Assembly: GCA_031409655.1 (NCBI GenBank) | Contig: JANNXQ010000012.1 | Location: 43,509-107,508, forward strand | Reading direction: 5' to 3' | Origin: Chthoniobacteraceae bacterium | Lineage (GTDB): Bacteria > Verrucomicrobiota > Verrucomicrobiia > Chthoniobacterales > Chthoniobacteraceae | DNA length: 64,000 bases | Shown: one piece after another, positions 1 to 8,111 of the stretch | Layout of the letters: every line of letters starts with the position of its first letter | Position numbering within the stretch: the first letter of the stretch is position 1 | Notes under the pieces: generated by a model | What the model was told of the DNA's origin: nothing | Database searches by the model: none | What the model saw: the letters and a program-made list of their open reading frames with translations, nothing else | Translations under genes and position numbers: made by a program

Positions 1-885
1 GAGGCCGGATTTGATGCGCTCGTCTCGGCCACCCTCCGCACCGGCGAGGCGCAATCTGGCGAACTCGAACTGGCCGGCAGCAAGCCGAAGCTCTTCGTCT
101 CGATGCACAGCAATCCGATGCGGGACGAAGCGGGTGCATCCGGGGCGGTGGTGATCTTCCGGGATATCACGCGGCTGCGGCAACTCGAGGACGTGCGCCG
201 TGAATTCGTCGCCAATGTTTCCCACGAATTGCGCACGCCGCTCTCGATTTTCCACGGCTACCTGGAAATGCTCGCCGACGCTCCGGACATGAAAGCGCCG
301 GAGCGTTTGGAAGTGGTGGACGTCCTGCGGCGCCATTCGCGCCGGCTCAATGCGCTGCTCGAAGATCTGCTCATCCTCGCGCGCCTGGAGTCGCGGCACG
401 AAGAACTCGTCTGTGAGTCCATCGCCGTGCCGGATTTGCTCCGCGACACGCTTCAGGATTGGGCGCCCGCGATTACCGAAAAAAAGCTCAAGGTGGAGCG
501 CGATTGGCCTGGCGACTTTCCGCTGCTCAAGGCGAATCGCCTGCGGCTCGATCAGGTCTTCAACAACCTCCTCGACAACGCGACCAAGTATACGGACGCC
601 GAGGGGCGGATCGCGGTGCGGGCGCGGGCGGAAAACGGGTGGGTGGAATTCCGGGTGGAAGACAGTGGCCGCGGCATTCCGCCGACCGATGTGCCGCACA
701 TTTTCGAGCGCTTTTACCGGGCCGACAAAGCGCGCAGCCGCGAGCAGGGTGGCACCGGACTCGGGCTTTCGATCGTCAAACACATCGTGCAATCCCACGG
801 CGGCACGGTGACGGCGGAGAGCACCTATGGCAAAGGCACGGCGATCGTGGTCCGCCTGCCTCTTGCCGGGCCGGTCGAGCGTTGA
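1..885 (+). CDS. PhoR-like sensor histidine kinase (5' truncated by window edge)
   Basis: Frame is open from base 1. PAS tail (VVIFRDIT), H-box FVANVSHELRTPL, N-box NLLDNATKY, G boxes DSGRGI and GGTGLGLSIVKH, FERFYRADKARSR. Confidence 0.85.
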   Translation, partial: EAGFDALVSATLRTGEAQSGELELAGSKPKLFVSMHSNPMRDEAGASGAVVIFRDITRLRQLEDVRREFVANVSHELRTPLSIFHGYLEMLADAPDMKAPERLEVVDVLRRHSRRLNALLEDLLILARLESRHEELVCESIAVPDLLRDTLQDWAPAITEKKLKVERDWPGDFPLLKANRLRLDQVFNNLLDNATKYTDAEGRIAVRARAENGWVEFRVEDSGRGIPPTDVPHIFERFYRADKARSREQGGTGLGLSIVKHIVQSHGGTVTAESTYGKGTAIVVRLPLAGPVER

Positions 886-887
886 GT

Positions 888-1559
888 TCAGCGGAGCCGG
901 GTGCGGAGCCAGACGGCGCCGTGCATGCCGCAGAAGATGGCCACGAGGAGCAGTCCGAGCCGGAGTTCATGGAGCGGGGCGGACCAGTCAAAGCGTTCCC
1001 GGCTTCCCTCCTGCCAAGGCTGGATGCGCGGCACGATCCGAGGCACATTTTCCCGGTAGCGCTGATACTCCTGCGCGAACTGCCGGGTGAGCATCTCTTC
1101 CTCCGCCGGAACGATGGAGACATAGAGGAAAATAAAAACGCCGACGTAGGGCACGAGCATCCAGGGATCGCCGAGGAGTCCCACCATGCCCAGCCCGAGC
1201 ACGATGCTCGCGAGATAGATGGGATTCCGGACGTGGGCGTAAGGGCCTCCGGTGACGAGATGCGGCGCCTCGATCGTCGCGCGCCGCGTGTGGCTCCCGG
1301 CCCACCCGGCTGCCCAGGCGCGTCCGGCGAGGCCGAGTAAAACCAGCAGGAAGGAGGCGACGGTGCCAGTGAACTGATGCGGGACGAAGAGCGGTCGCGG
1401 GCGGATAAAGAGCATGCCGAGCGCGACGACCGCGAGGCCGACGTGCATCCGCCGGTGGAAGATGCGCTGGCCGAGTGCGGCACAACGGGCTCGAAACGAG
1501 CCGTCAGGCGGAGGTGGGCCTCCGTTGGCTTCGTTGGAGAGGGGTTTGGCCGGTGGCAT
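888..1559 (-). CDS. Isoprenylcysteine carboxyl methyltransferase / phospholipid methyltransferase family membrane protein
   Basis: LVTGGPYAHVRNPIY motif, EEEML..FAQEY..Y...VPR C-terminal motif, several hydrophobic helices. Start taken at ATG 1559. Confidence 0.8.
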   Translation of the reverse strand: MPPAKPLSNEANGGPPPPDGSFRARCAALGQRIFHRRMHVGLAVVALGMLFIRPRPLFVPHQFTGTVASFLLVLLGLAGRAWAAGWAGSHTRRATIEAPHLVTGGPYAHVRNPIYLASIVLGLGMVGLLGDPWMLVPYVGVFIFLYVSIVPAEEEMLTRQFAQEYQRYRENVPRIVPRIQPWQEGSRERFDWSAPLHELRLGLLLVAIFCGMHGAVWLRTRLR

Positions 1560-1618
1560 CAGCGCAATGTCCCAAAGGCGCGCTGTGGCGACAACGTCTG
1601 AAGTAAATCGAGGGTCGG

Positions 1619-1635
1619 TTGGAACGATATTTGCA
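1619..1635 (+). promoter_or_regulatory. Sigma54 (-24/-12) promoter of the pilin-like cassette
   Basis: TTGGAACGATATTTGCA: GG-N10-GC with TTGC, close to consensus TGGCACG-N4-TTGC, in an AT-rich intergenic gap. Confidence 0.7.
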
Positions 1636-1673
1636 GTAAAAGCCATAATATGAATGCGCATTCCGAAACGCAG

Positions 1674-2141
1674 ATGACCAGGCGCGTCCCGCGATGCAGT
1701 GCCGCGTTCACCATTCTTGAGGCTGCGATTGCCTCCGCCTTGCTCGTGATCCTCGTCTCGACCGTGGCCGTGGCCATGATCCAGATCAATCGTTGGGCGG
1801 CGTCTGCTCGCCTCCAGACGATCGCGCTGGCCGTCGCGCAGCAGAAGGTGGATGAGGTGCTCGCCGTCCCGTGGCTGATCCGCAATCCGCGCCCCACCGT
1901 GCTCGCGGCCAGCACCGTGACCGAGAGTAACCTGACGCTGAACAACGACACCTTTAACTCCCAGACCGCCCTGAGTAGCCTGTTCACGGACCTCGATACT
2001 CCCGTCACCGCCACCCGCGTCACGGAGATCACCGATCTGCCGCCGCGCGGGGTCCGGGCTTCAGTGACGGTCAGCTTCACCTATCGGCAGCATACCTATC
2101 GGTCCCAACTGACCACGCTCCGCGTCACCGATGACATCTAG
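1674..2141 (+). CDS. Minor pilin/pseudopilin (PilV-like)
   Basis: Basic leader, then A|FTILEAAIASALLVILV class III signal with Glu5. Alternative start at 1650. Confidence 0.75.
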   Translation: MTRRVPRCSAAFTILEAAIASALLVILVSTVAVAMIQINRWAASARLQTIALAVAQQKVDEVLAVPWLIRNPRPTVLAASTVTESNLTLNNDTFNSQTALSSLFTDLDTPVTATRVTEITDLPPRGVRASVTVSFTYRQHTYRSQLTTLRVTDDI

Positions 2142-3051
2142 GCGCTCAGCATCGAACTCGGGCGGGATTGCAGGCTTCACGCTTGTGGAAATGCTGATGG
2201 CCATCAGCATCTTCACCGTGGTCACGGCAGGATTGATTTCATTCAGTTCCTTCACAACGCGGACGGTCGCACGCAATCTCGCAACCAACCGGACGCACGA
2301 GACAGTCCGCATCTCGAACCTGCAGTTCTTGCGCTATTTCCACGAATCCGCCTCCGCATTCCGCTTGCTGGATTTTAATGGCACCACCTACACGGATGCC
2401 ACCCCCGCTGGGACATCGGATCGAGATGCCACGACGGGAAGTTACGCGAGCACGCGCTCAAATGGCGTGCGTTTCCGGCGTCTCGCAGGCGGGCCTTACG
2501 CCTTCACGGCCAACACGACTTCGGGAAGCACGAACCTCTCCTTCAATTTCGCGGTGAATGGTCAGGTGCCCTACGTGCCGAGTGTCGGCGATAAGCTGGT
2601 CATCCCGCTGATTTCCCGGGAGTTCGATATCTCCGCCGTTCCGACGGCCCCGACCACGGGGAGTCCTACCGGAACGGTGACAATTTCCGAGGCCGGCGGT
2701 CTGGGCTTCACGATCAATGCCACAACCGCGGGGAACACGACCACGGCCTACTTTTACCGGTCAACCGCCTTCACGGTTTGGGGTAACACCCTGCGCTATC
2801 ACAACGATTTCACTGGAGTGCGGAAGGCCAACTTCACGGTCGTAAGGACGAACGTAACCTCACCGAAGCCCTTCTCGCTCCTCTACACGAGCCCGACTGG
2901 GACCACCGATGGACTTTCCGTGCGCATCTCGCTCGAAGCACACGATGGCGACTATTCCGCCCGGCGCTTCAGCAATGGAACCGCAACCCTCCAGGCCGTC
3001 ATCCCGACCCGTTTTCTGCCCACGCCGATCACCTCGACTAACTCCAACTAA
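2131..3051 (+). CDS. Prepilin-type N-terminal cleavage/methylation protein (PilW-like)
   Basis: G|FTLVEMLMAISIF motif; Thr/Ser-rich body; overlaps upstream stop. Confidence 0.85.
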   Translation: MTSRRSASNSGGIAGFTLVEMLMAISIFTVVTAGLISFSSFTTRTVARNLATNRTHETVRISNLQFLRYFHESASAFRLLDFNGTTYTDATPAGTSDRDATTGSYASTRSNGVRFRRLAGGPYAFTANTTSGSTNLSFNFAVNGQVPYVPSVGDKLVIPLISREFDISAVPTAPTTGSPTGTVTISEAGGLGFTINATTAGNTTTAYFYRSTAFTVWGNTLRYHNDFTGVRKANFTVVRTNVTSPKPFSLLYTSPTGTTDGLSVRISLEAHDGDYSARRFSNGTATLQAVIPTRFLPTPITSTNSN

Positions 3052-3056
3052 ATCAA

Positions 3057-4964
3057 ATGAAGACTCGATCCGATTCCGGGATGGCGCTCGTGGGCGTCAT
3101 TTTCACGATGGCCATCGTCGCCGCGCTCGTCGCGACGGTTTTTGCGGTCACTAATACTCAGGTTCACGTGGCCCGGCGCACCTTGAATCGAGCAACCGCA
3201 GTCGCCTACGGCGATGCCGTCATTGAGAGCCTCTACGATCAATGGCGATCTGCCATGATCTCGGTCACGGACACGACCGATCGGAAAGAAGGCCTTTCCA
3301 GCGCCGCCCTCGCCACCGTTTTGACCGCGCCATCCAGCACGACATTGCCGCCGCCCACGGGGATCAGCCTCGGGAGCTGGAGCGTGGTCGCCTGCACCCC
3401 TTTCCTCGCGCCCACCACGCTGGCAAGTGGGCGCCCGGTGCCGGAGAACGGCACCAACTCGAGCCTCCGGATCCGGTTCTACTACCTCGCCTCGGCCACG
3501 GTGAACTACCCGACGCCGGGCGGACCCTCCTCCCTCACGATTCAGCGGGCCTTCGTTCGGGGTGGGCGCAATCTCTTCGATAACTTCTTTTTTGGAACGC
3601 AGGCGAAGACTGAGTTTCATCCCGGCCCGGACATGTATGTCTCCGGCACCGTCTACATCGGCGGCGACCTCTTTACGGCCCACGACTCGCTTCACTTCAT
3701 GAAAGACGTCACCGTCACCGGTGCGCACTCGTTGAACTACCGAACCGAAGACTCCCGCTACGGGACGGCACCGACGATCACCAATGGTGGCACTGGGAAT
3801 AACTGGGACATCAACAATCCACCCCATGTCGGGCAACAGCAGAAGCTTCTCGATACGCCGGTCGCAAGTCTCGATCCAAACTTCCTCGATGATCTCCTCA
3901 GCAACGACGCCGACTCTGACACGCCAAGCAATTTGAACAACGACGGCTACCACGAGCTGATCGAGCAAAAGAACGGCACGGGTGCAGACCCCCTGCAACT
4001 GGACTCTGCGACTTCGGAGCGACTGGCGGGAAACAGTGACTACCGCATCCTTGTTGATGCGGGCAATAATGTCACTGTCTTTAAGGGGTCTGCGACAACC
4101 GCGCTCTCCACCGCCAGCGCGGACTACATTGCCATTACCGCCGCACTGACCCTGAACACGGCCCTGCGTGACGTCCGGGATGGCGATAACGTGCGGGTCG
4201 TAACGATGGATGTAGCGGCAATCAAGGCTGCACATACCAGCGGCACCATCACCGATAACTTCGGGGGGGCTGATGGCCTGATGCTTTACGTCCAGGACAC
4301 CAGCGCAGGAACGAATGTGAATACGAAAGTGGTGAATTCAGTGACGGCGGCGGTTACGAATGTGTCGAGTTCGCGTTCGCGCGGTGTAAAGCTCGTCAAC
4401 GGAGCGCAATTGCCGAGCGTCGGCTTCAGTGTGGTCTCTCCCAATGCGGTGTACATCAAAGGTGACTACAACACCGGCACCAATGGCGGAACTCAGCCCC
4501 CATCCAATACCGCGACTACTTACACTCCGCCGACCACCAACCCGAGCCCTGTAGTAAGCGGCTACACCCGAGTTCCCGCCGCCGTGGTCGGCGATGCGGT
4601 GAACATCCTTTCGAACGCTTGGAACGATGCCAATTCGCTCTCCGGGGTGAGCGCCAGAGTGGCGTCGAACACCACGGTGAACACGGCCATCGTCGCCGGT
4701 AACGTCCCGACGACCTCCAGTTCGTACAGTGGGGGGATTGAAAACTTCACGAGGTTTCATGAAAACTGGAGCTCGCGTTACTTCACGATCTACGGCGCGC
4801 TGGCCCTGCTCTACAACAGCGACCAGGCGACGCGCCCTTGGTCGAGTGCGAGCTATGGTGCGCCGAGCCGGCGGTGGTATTACGACAGCATGCTTCAGGA
4901 ATCCAACCCGCCAGGGTTCAGTGCGGCGCGCGTCTATGAGCGCGGGCGCTGGCTCCAGCGTTAG
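3057..4964 (+). CDS. Large PilX-like pilin-associated protein
   Basis: SG|MALVGVIFTMAIV (no Glu5, typical of PilX/GspK-type). C-terminal NAVYIKGDYN, GDAVNILSNAW, YSGGIENFTRFHENW, RRWYYD..L...PPG segments. Confidence 0.75.
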   Translation: MKTRSDSGMALVGVIFTMAIVAALVATVFAVTNTQVHVARRTLNRATAVAYGDAVIESLYDQWRSAMISVTDTTDRKEGLSSAALATVLTAPSSTTLPPPTGISLGSWSVVACTPFLAPTTLASGRPVPENGTNSSLRIRFYYLASATVNYPTPGGPSSLTIQRAFVRGGRNLFDNFFFGTQAKTEFHPGPDMYVSGTVYIGGDLFTAHDSLHFMKDVTVTGAHSLNYRTEDSRYGTAPTITNGGTGNNWDINNPPHVGQQQKLLDTPVASLDPNFLDDLLSNDADSDTPSNLNNDGYHELIEQKNGTGADPLQLDSATSERLAGNSDYRILVDAGNNVTVFKGSATTALSTASADYIAITAALTLNTALRDVRDGDNVRVVTMDVAAIKAAHTSGTITDNFGGADGLMLYVQDTSAGTNVNTKVVNSVTAAVTNVSSSRSRGVKLVNGAQLPSVGFSVVSPNAVYIKGDYNTGTNGGTQPPSNTATTYTPPTTNPSPVVSGYTRVPAAVVGDAVNILSNAWNDANSLSGVSARVASNTTVNTAIVAGNVPTTSSSYSGGIENFTRFHENWSSRYFTIYGALALLYNSDQATRPWSSASYGAPSRRWYYDSMLQESNPPGFSAARVYERGRWLQR

Positions 4965-4970
4965 ACCTTT

Positions 4971-5531
4971 ATGAAAACCCATATCCTCTGCGCCGGCCTG
5001 GTCCTGGCCACTCAAGGCCTGCTCTCTGCACTCGATCTGACGCCCATCCAGAGCTTCCGGGAACTGGAAGGAATCAAGATCCCGATGGTTCGGTTTAGCG
5101 ATGGTTCCCGCAGCGTGACTTTTCAACCGCCGTCGCAATGGCGCGTCAGTGGTGGTGGTGATCGCGTCCAGATTCTTCCCTCGGAGTTTCAGCGCGCCTT
5201 GTTTCAGCTTCACGTCTGCGAGCGGCCGGAGGTTTCGGCGGGGCAGGAAGAGGATCTCGGCAAGTGGACCCTGAGTCTTCTTCCAGACGGTGCCGAGGAA
5301 GTGGTGCCGAAAGGTGAGGCCGTGGGGCAGTTCACGCTCGGCGCAGTCCCGAGTAATGAGCGGACTTACTCATGCAATCTCGGCGGCCGTCCGAGTACGG
5401 TGTCAGTGGCGTGGGTGGATCTTGGGGAGAAAGAGCGTCTGGCGGTGCTGGTGATCGCCAGCGACAAGGATTTCAAGGCAGTCCATGAAGAGGCGATCCG
5501 CAGCCTCTTCAGTTGGAGTTGGAGCGACTGA
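4971..5531 (+). CDS. Secreted hypothetical protein
   Basis: Signal peptide MKTHILCAGLVLATQGLLSA; 6 bp downstream of the PilX-like gene. Confidence 0.65.
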   Translation: MKTHILCAGLVLATQGLLSALDLTPIQSFRELEGIKIPMVRFSDGSRSVTFQPPSQWRVSGGGDRVQILPSEFQRALFQLHVCERPEVSAGQEEDLGKWTLSLLPDGAEEVVPKGEAVGQFTLGAVPSNERTYSCNLGGRPSTVSVAWVDLGEKERLAVLVIASDKDFKAVHEEAIRSLFSWSWSD

Positions 5532-5554
5532 GCGTTCTCCGATTCCCGACAAAT

Positions 5555-6331
5555 CTATGGTGCTGGCAGGGCCGCGGGCGGGATGGGGCTCGGGGTGCCG
5601 GAGAAATTGCGCATGAGTTCAATGTGGCCGCTGAAGTCTTCGACGAGGGCAGAGTTACTCTCCACCCAGTCGCCACTGTTGAGATATTCCACTCCGTCGA
5701 TCATGCGTATGCACGGTGAGTGGATGTGGCCGCAGACGACGCCATCCACTTGATCGGTGCGGGAGTAACGGACGATCGTCTCTTCAAACTTCCCGATAAA
5801 ATTCACCGCGACTTTGACCCGCTGTTTGGCGTAGGCGCTCAAGGACCAATAGCCGAGACCGAAAACGCGGCGCGCCCAATTCAGGGGATGATTGAGGCGG
5901 AGCAACAGGTTGTAGCCAAAGTCGCCGAGATGGGCGAGCCAGCGGATGTTTTGCACGACGGCATCAAGCTCATGGCCGTGGATGACGAGCAGGCGCCGAC
6001 CATCTGCCGTTTCGTGGATGGCGCGAGGTTCGATGGTCACAGCCCCAAAATCGCCAATGAATCCGGCGACGAACTCGTCGTGGTTGCCCGGGATGTAGAT
6101 GATGCGGGTGCCTTTTCTGCCCGCGCGGAGGAGTTTCTGGATGACGTCGTTGTGGGCCTGCGGCCAGTAGATGTTGCGGCGGAGTTGCCATACATCGATG
6201 AGATCGCCGACGACATAGAGAGTCTCAAATTCGTTCAGGCGGAGGAATTCGAGCAGTGCTTCCGCTTTGCTCCCGCGGGTGCCGAGGTGGACATCCGAAA
6301 TCCAACCGGTGCGATGGCATTTTGGCGACAT
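5555..6331 (-). CDS. UDP-2,3-diacylglucosamine diphosphatase-like metallophosphoesterase (LpxH family)
   Basis: SDVHLG, VGDLID, PGNHD, IHGH, CGHIH and NSGDWVE motifs. Confidence 0.85.
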   Translation of the reverse strand: MSPKCHRTGWISDVHLGTRGSKAEALLEFLRLNEFETLYVVGDLIDVWQLRRNIYWPQAHNDVIQKLLRAGRKGTRIIYIPGNHDEFVAGFIGDFGAVTIEPRAIHETADGRRLLVIHGHELDAVVQNIRWLAHLGDFGYNLLLRLNHPLNWARRVFGLGYWSLSAYAKQRVKVAVNFIGKFEETIVRYSRTDQVDGVVCGHIHSPCIRMIDGVEYLNSGDWVESNSALVEDFSGHIELMRNFSGTPSPIPPAALPAP

Positions 6332-6410
6332 GATGATCTAAAGGGCGGATGGGTGGGCATTTGTCAAAGAATCCCCGGCCCGAGGTTTCAGATTTTACAT
6401 GTCTGTCACA

Positions 6411-6614
6411 ATGAAGCCACCCGATCCGCGCATTAAACGTGCTCTATGGGGCGCCATGCAATCGACAGCCTGTAAGGTTCCCCCACAAAGCGAGACCCGC
6501 CCGCGTTGCGCACGGAGTCGGCGCAGAGTCGTGTCGGAGGTGCTGCGCGCGGCCTATCGGCAGCACGTTCGCGACCGCTTCACGCGCATCGCGGTGAAGC
6601 AGGCGCTCGGCTAG
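6411..6614 (+). CDS. Small basic hypothetical protein
   Basis: ORF fills an intergenic gap; no motif recognised. Confidence 0.35.
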   Translation: MKPPDPRIKRALWGAMQSTACKVPPQSETRPRCARSRRRVVSEVLRAAYRQHVRDRFTRIAVKQALG

Positions 6615-6734
6615 GCGCACGGGTCACAAACCGGAGCGACTCGCTCCGCTTCCGCTGCGCGGAGGGCAAATGTTCACAAAAACCGAGTTGACGACCAGAG
6701 GCACAGTCGTAAGCGTTTTTTCACTCCCGTTCCT

Positions 6735-7064
6735 GTGAAAAAAGAAGCCGCCAGTAAATCGACCGCCGATCTCCAGTATCAGCCTGTTGCTCAAGAGCTG
6801 GGCTTTCTGCGCAAGACGATGCGCGAACTCGTGGGCGCGTACTCCGATCAATTGGAAGGCGAGATCGCGGCCCTGGCTTCTGGGGTGAAAGCGGATGCGG
6901 AGGGGAAGAAAGTGGTCCCTTCGTCGAGGGCGCACGATTTGCGCGACATGCTCTCCTTGCTCCGCAGTCTCGAGGTGAAGCCGGCCAAAGGTCGGCGGCG
7001 CGACCTCAAGAAAGTCGAGGTCCTGGTGGAAGACCTACAGCGCATCGTAGAGCGTTGGGCCTAG
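6735..7064 (+). CDS. Hypothetical helical protein
   Basis: GTG start, plausible codon usage, amphipathic helices (KGRRRDLKKVE). Confidence 0.65.
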   Translation: MKKEAASKSTADLQYQPVAQELGFLRKTMRELVGAYSDQLEGEIAALASGVKADAEGKKVVPSSRAHDLRDMLSLLRSLEVKPAKGRRRDLKKVEVLVEDLQRIVERWA

Positions 7065-7082
7065 CGGCAGCGGTTCCTTTCC

Positions 7083-7874
7083 TCAATCAACCGCGACGTA
7101 GAAAGGCGGCACGCGTTTGAACATGCTCTGTACATAGGGTGCGTCCGTCTCGTCGAGCAGGCCAAGTTCGACGAGGTCGATGTTTTTGGGCGCGGTGCCG
7201 GCGACCAGCCGCAGATCGTGGAAAATGGCGTCGTCGCGCGGATCCATGAGGACGAGCACCTGATAGTGTCGTCCCCCGGTCGGCAGTTTCTCGCCGCCCG
7301 GCACCCCGAAAATCCAGGCGGCGCGAAATTCACGGTGGCGCCGGAAAAGTTCGAAGAGGCGCTGCACGAGGGCGGTCGGGAAATCCGCGGGATCAATGTG
7401 TTTGAGCGTGCCGGTGCGCGACTCGTCGTTGGCCAGGGGGTGCGGTTTCAGCGCGGTGCCGTTCCCCAGATCGCGCAGCAGTTCCGGGGAAAGGGTGATC
7501 TCGCCAGTGGCGCAACTCTTATTCAATACTGCGCGCAATCCGGCTCCGCCCAGGATCGTCAGGACCTGCTCCGCCTCCATGGCTCCCGCGGAATAGGTGC
7601 GCGGAGGGACCTTGCCTTTCTCCAAACCTTCCTCGACGCGATCCTCAGACGAAAACAGCGGGACGACCGGGCCATGCGCATCCTGCAATTGCACGAAAGG
7701 AAGCGGCATTCCCACTCTGAGTTCCATCATCTCGCCCTCGATCTCGGGATGATACCGGACCAGGAACCAAAGCTCGCCCTCGATCAGTTGTCGGAAGAGA
7801 TCCGGCATCGCTGCCTGGCTGCGGATCGCTGCCATGATGGCGCGGTCAAGATCGTTCGTTGGAGAAAAGGCCAT
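7083..7874 (-). CDS. SseB family protein (SseB + SseB_C domains)
   Basis: FSPTNDLDRAI N-terminus, VPLFSSEDR, AVLN, and C-terminal RAAWI...VPPFY typical of SseB_C. Confidence 0.7.
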   Translation of the reverse strand: MAFSPTNDLDRAIMAAIRSQAAMPDLFRQLIEGELWFLVRYHPEIEGEMMELRVGMPLPFVQLQDAHGPVVPLFSSEDRVEEGLEKGKVPPRTYSAGAMEAEQVLTILGGAGLRAVLNKSCATGEITLSPELLRDLGNGTALKPHPLANDESRTGTLKHIDPADFPTALVQRLFELFRRHREFRAAWIFGVPGGEKLPTGGRHYQVLVLMDPRDDAIFHDLRLVAGTAPKNIDLVELGLLDETDAPYVQSMFKRVPPFYVAVD

Positions 7875-8111
7875 GGGTCGAGATGGGCTCGGGGCGATCT
7901 TTCTACGACCGGATTTCAGAGGCAACACTGCTCTTCGACGGATCATGGTCACCATCGGCGGCGGTCGGGGGTCTTGAGAGTATGACTTTGCCGTCCTTCA
8001 AAAACCCTCTTGCCAACCCCGGTGCTCTCTTTCAGCTTGCACGCCCTCGAAAGGAAAAGCCCCTGCGCGTGCTCCGGGGCCCGATCTTCGTAAAACTGTT
8101 GTAATTACTTC

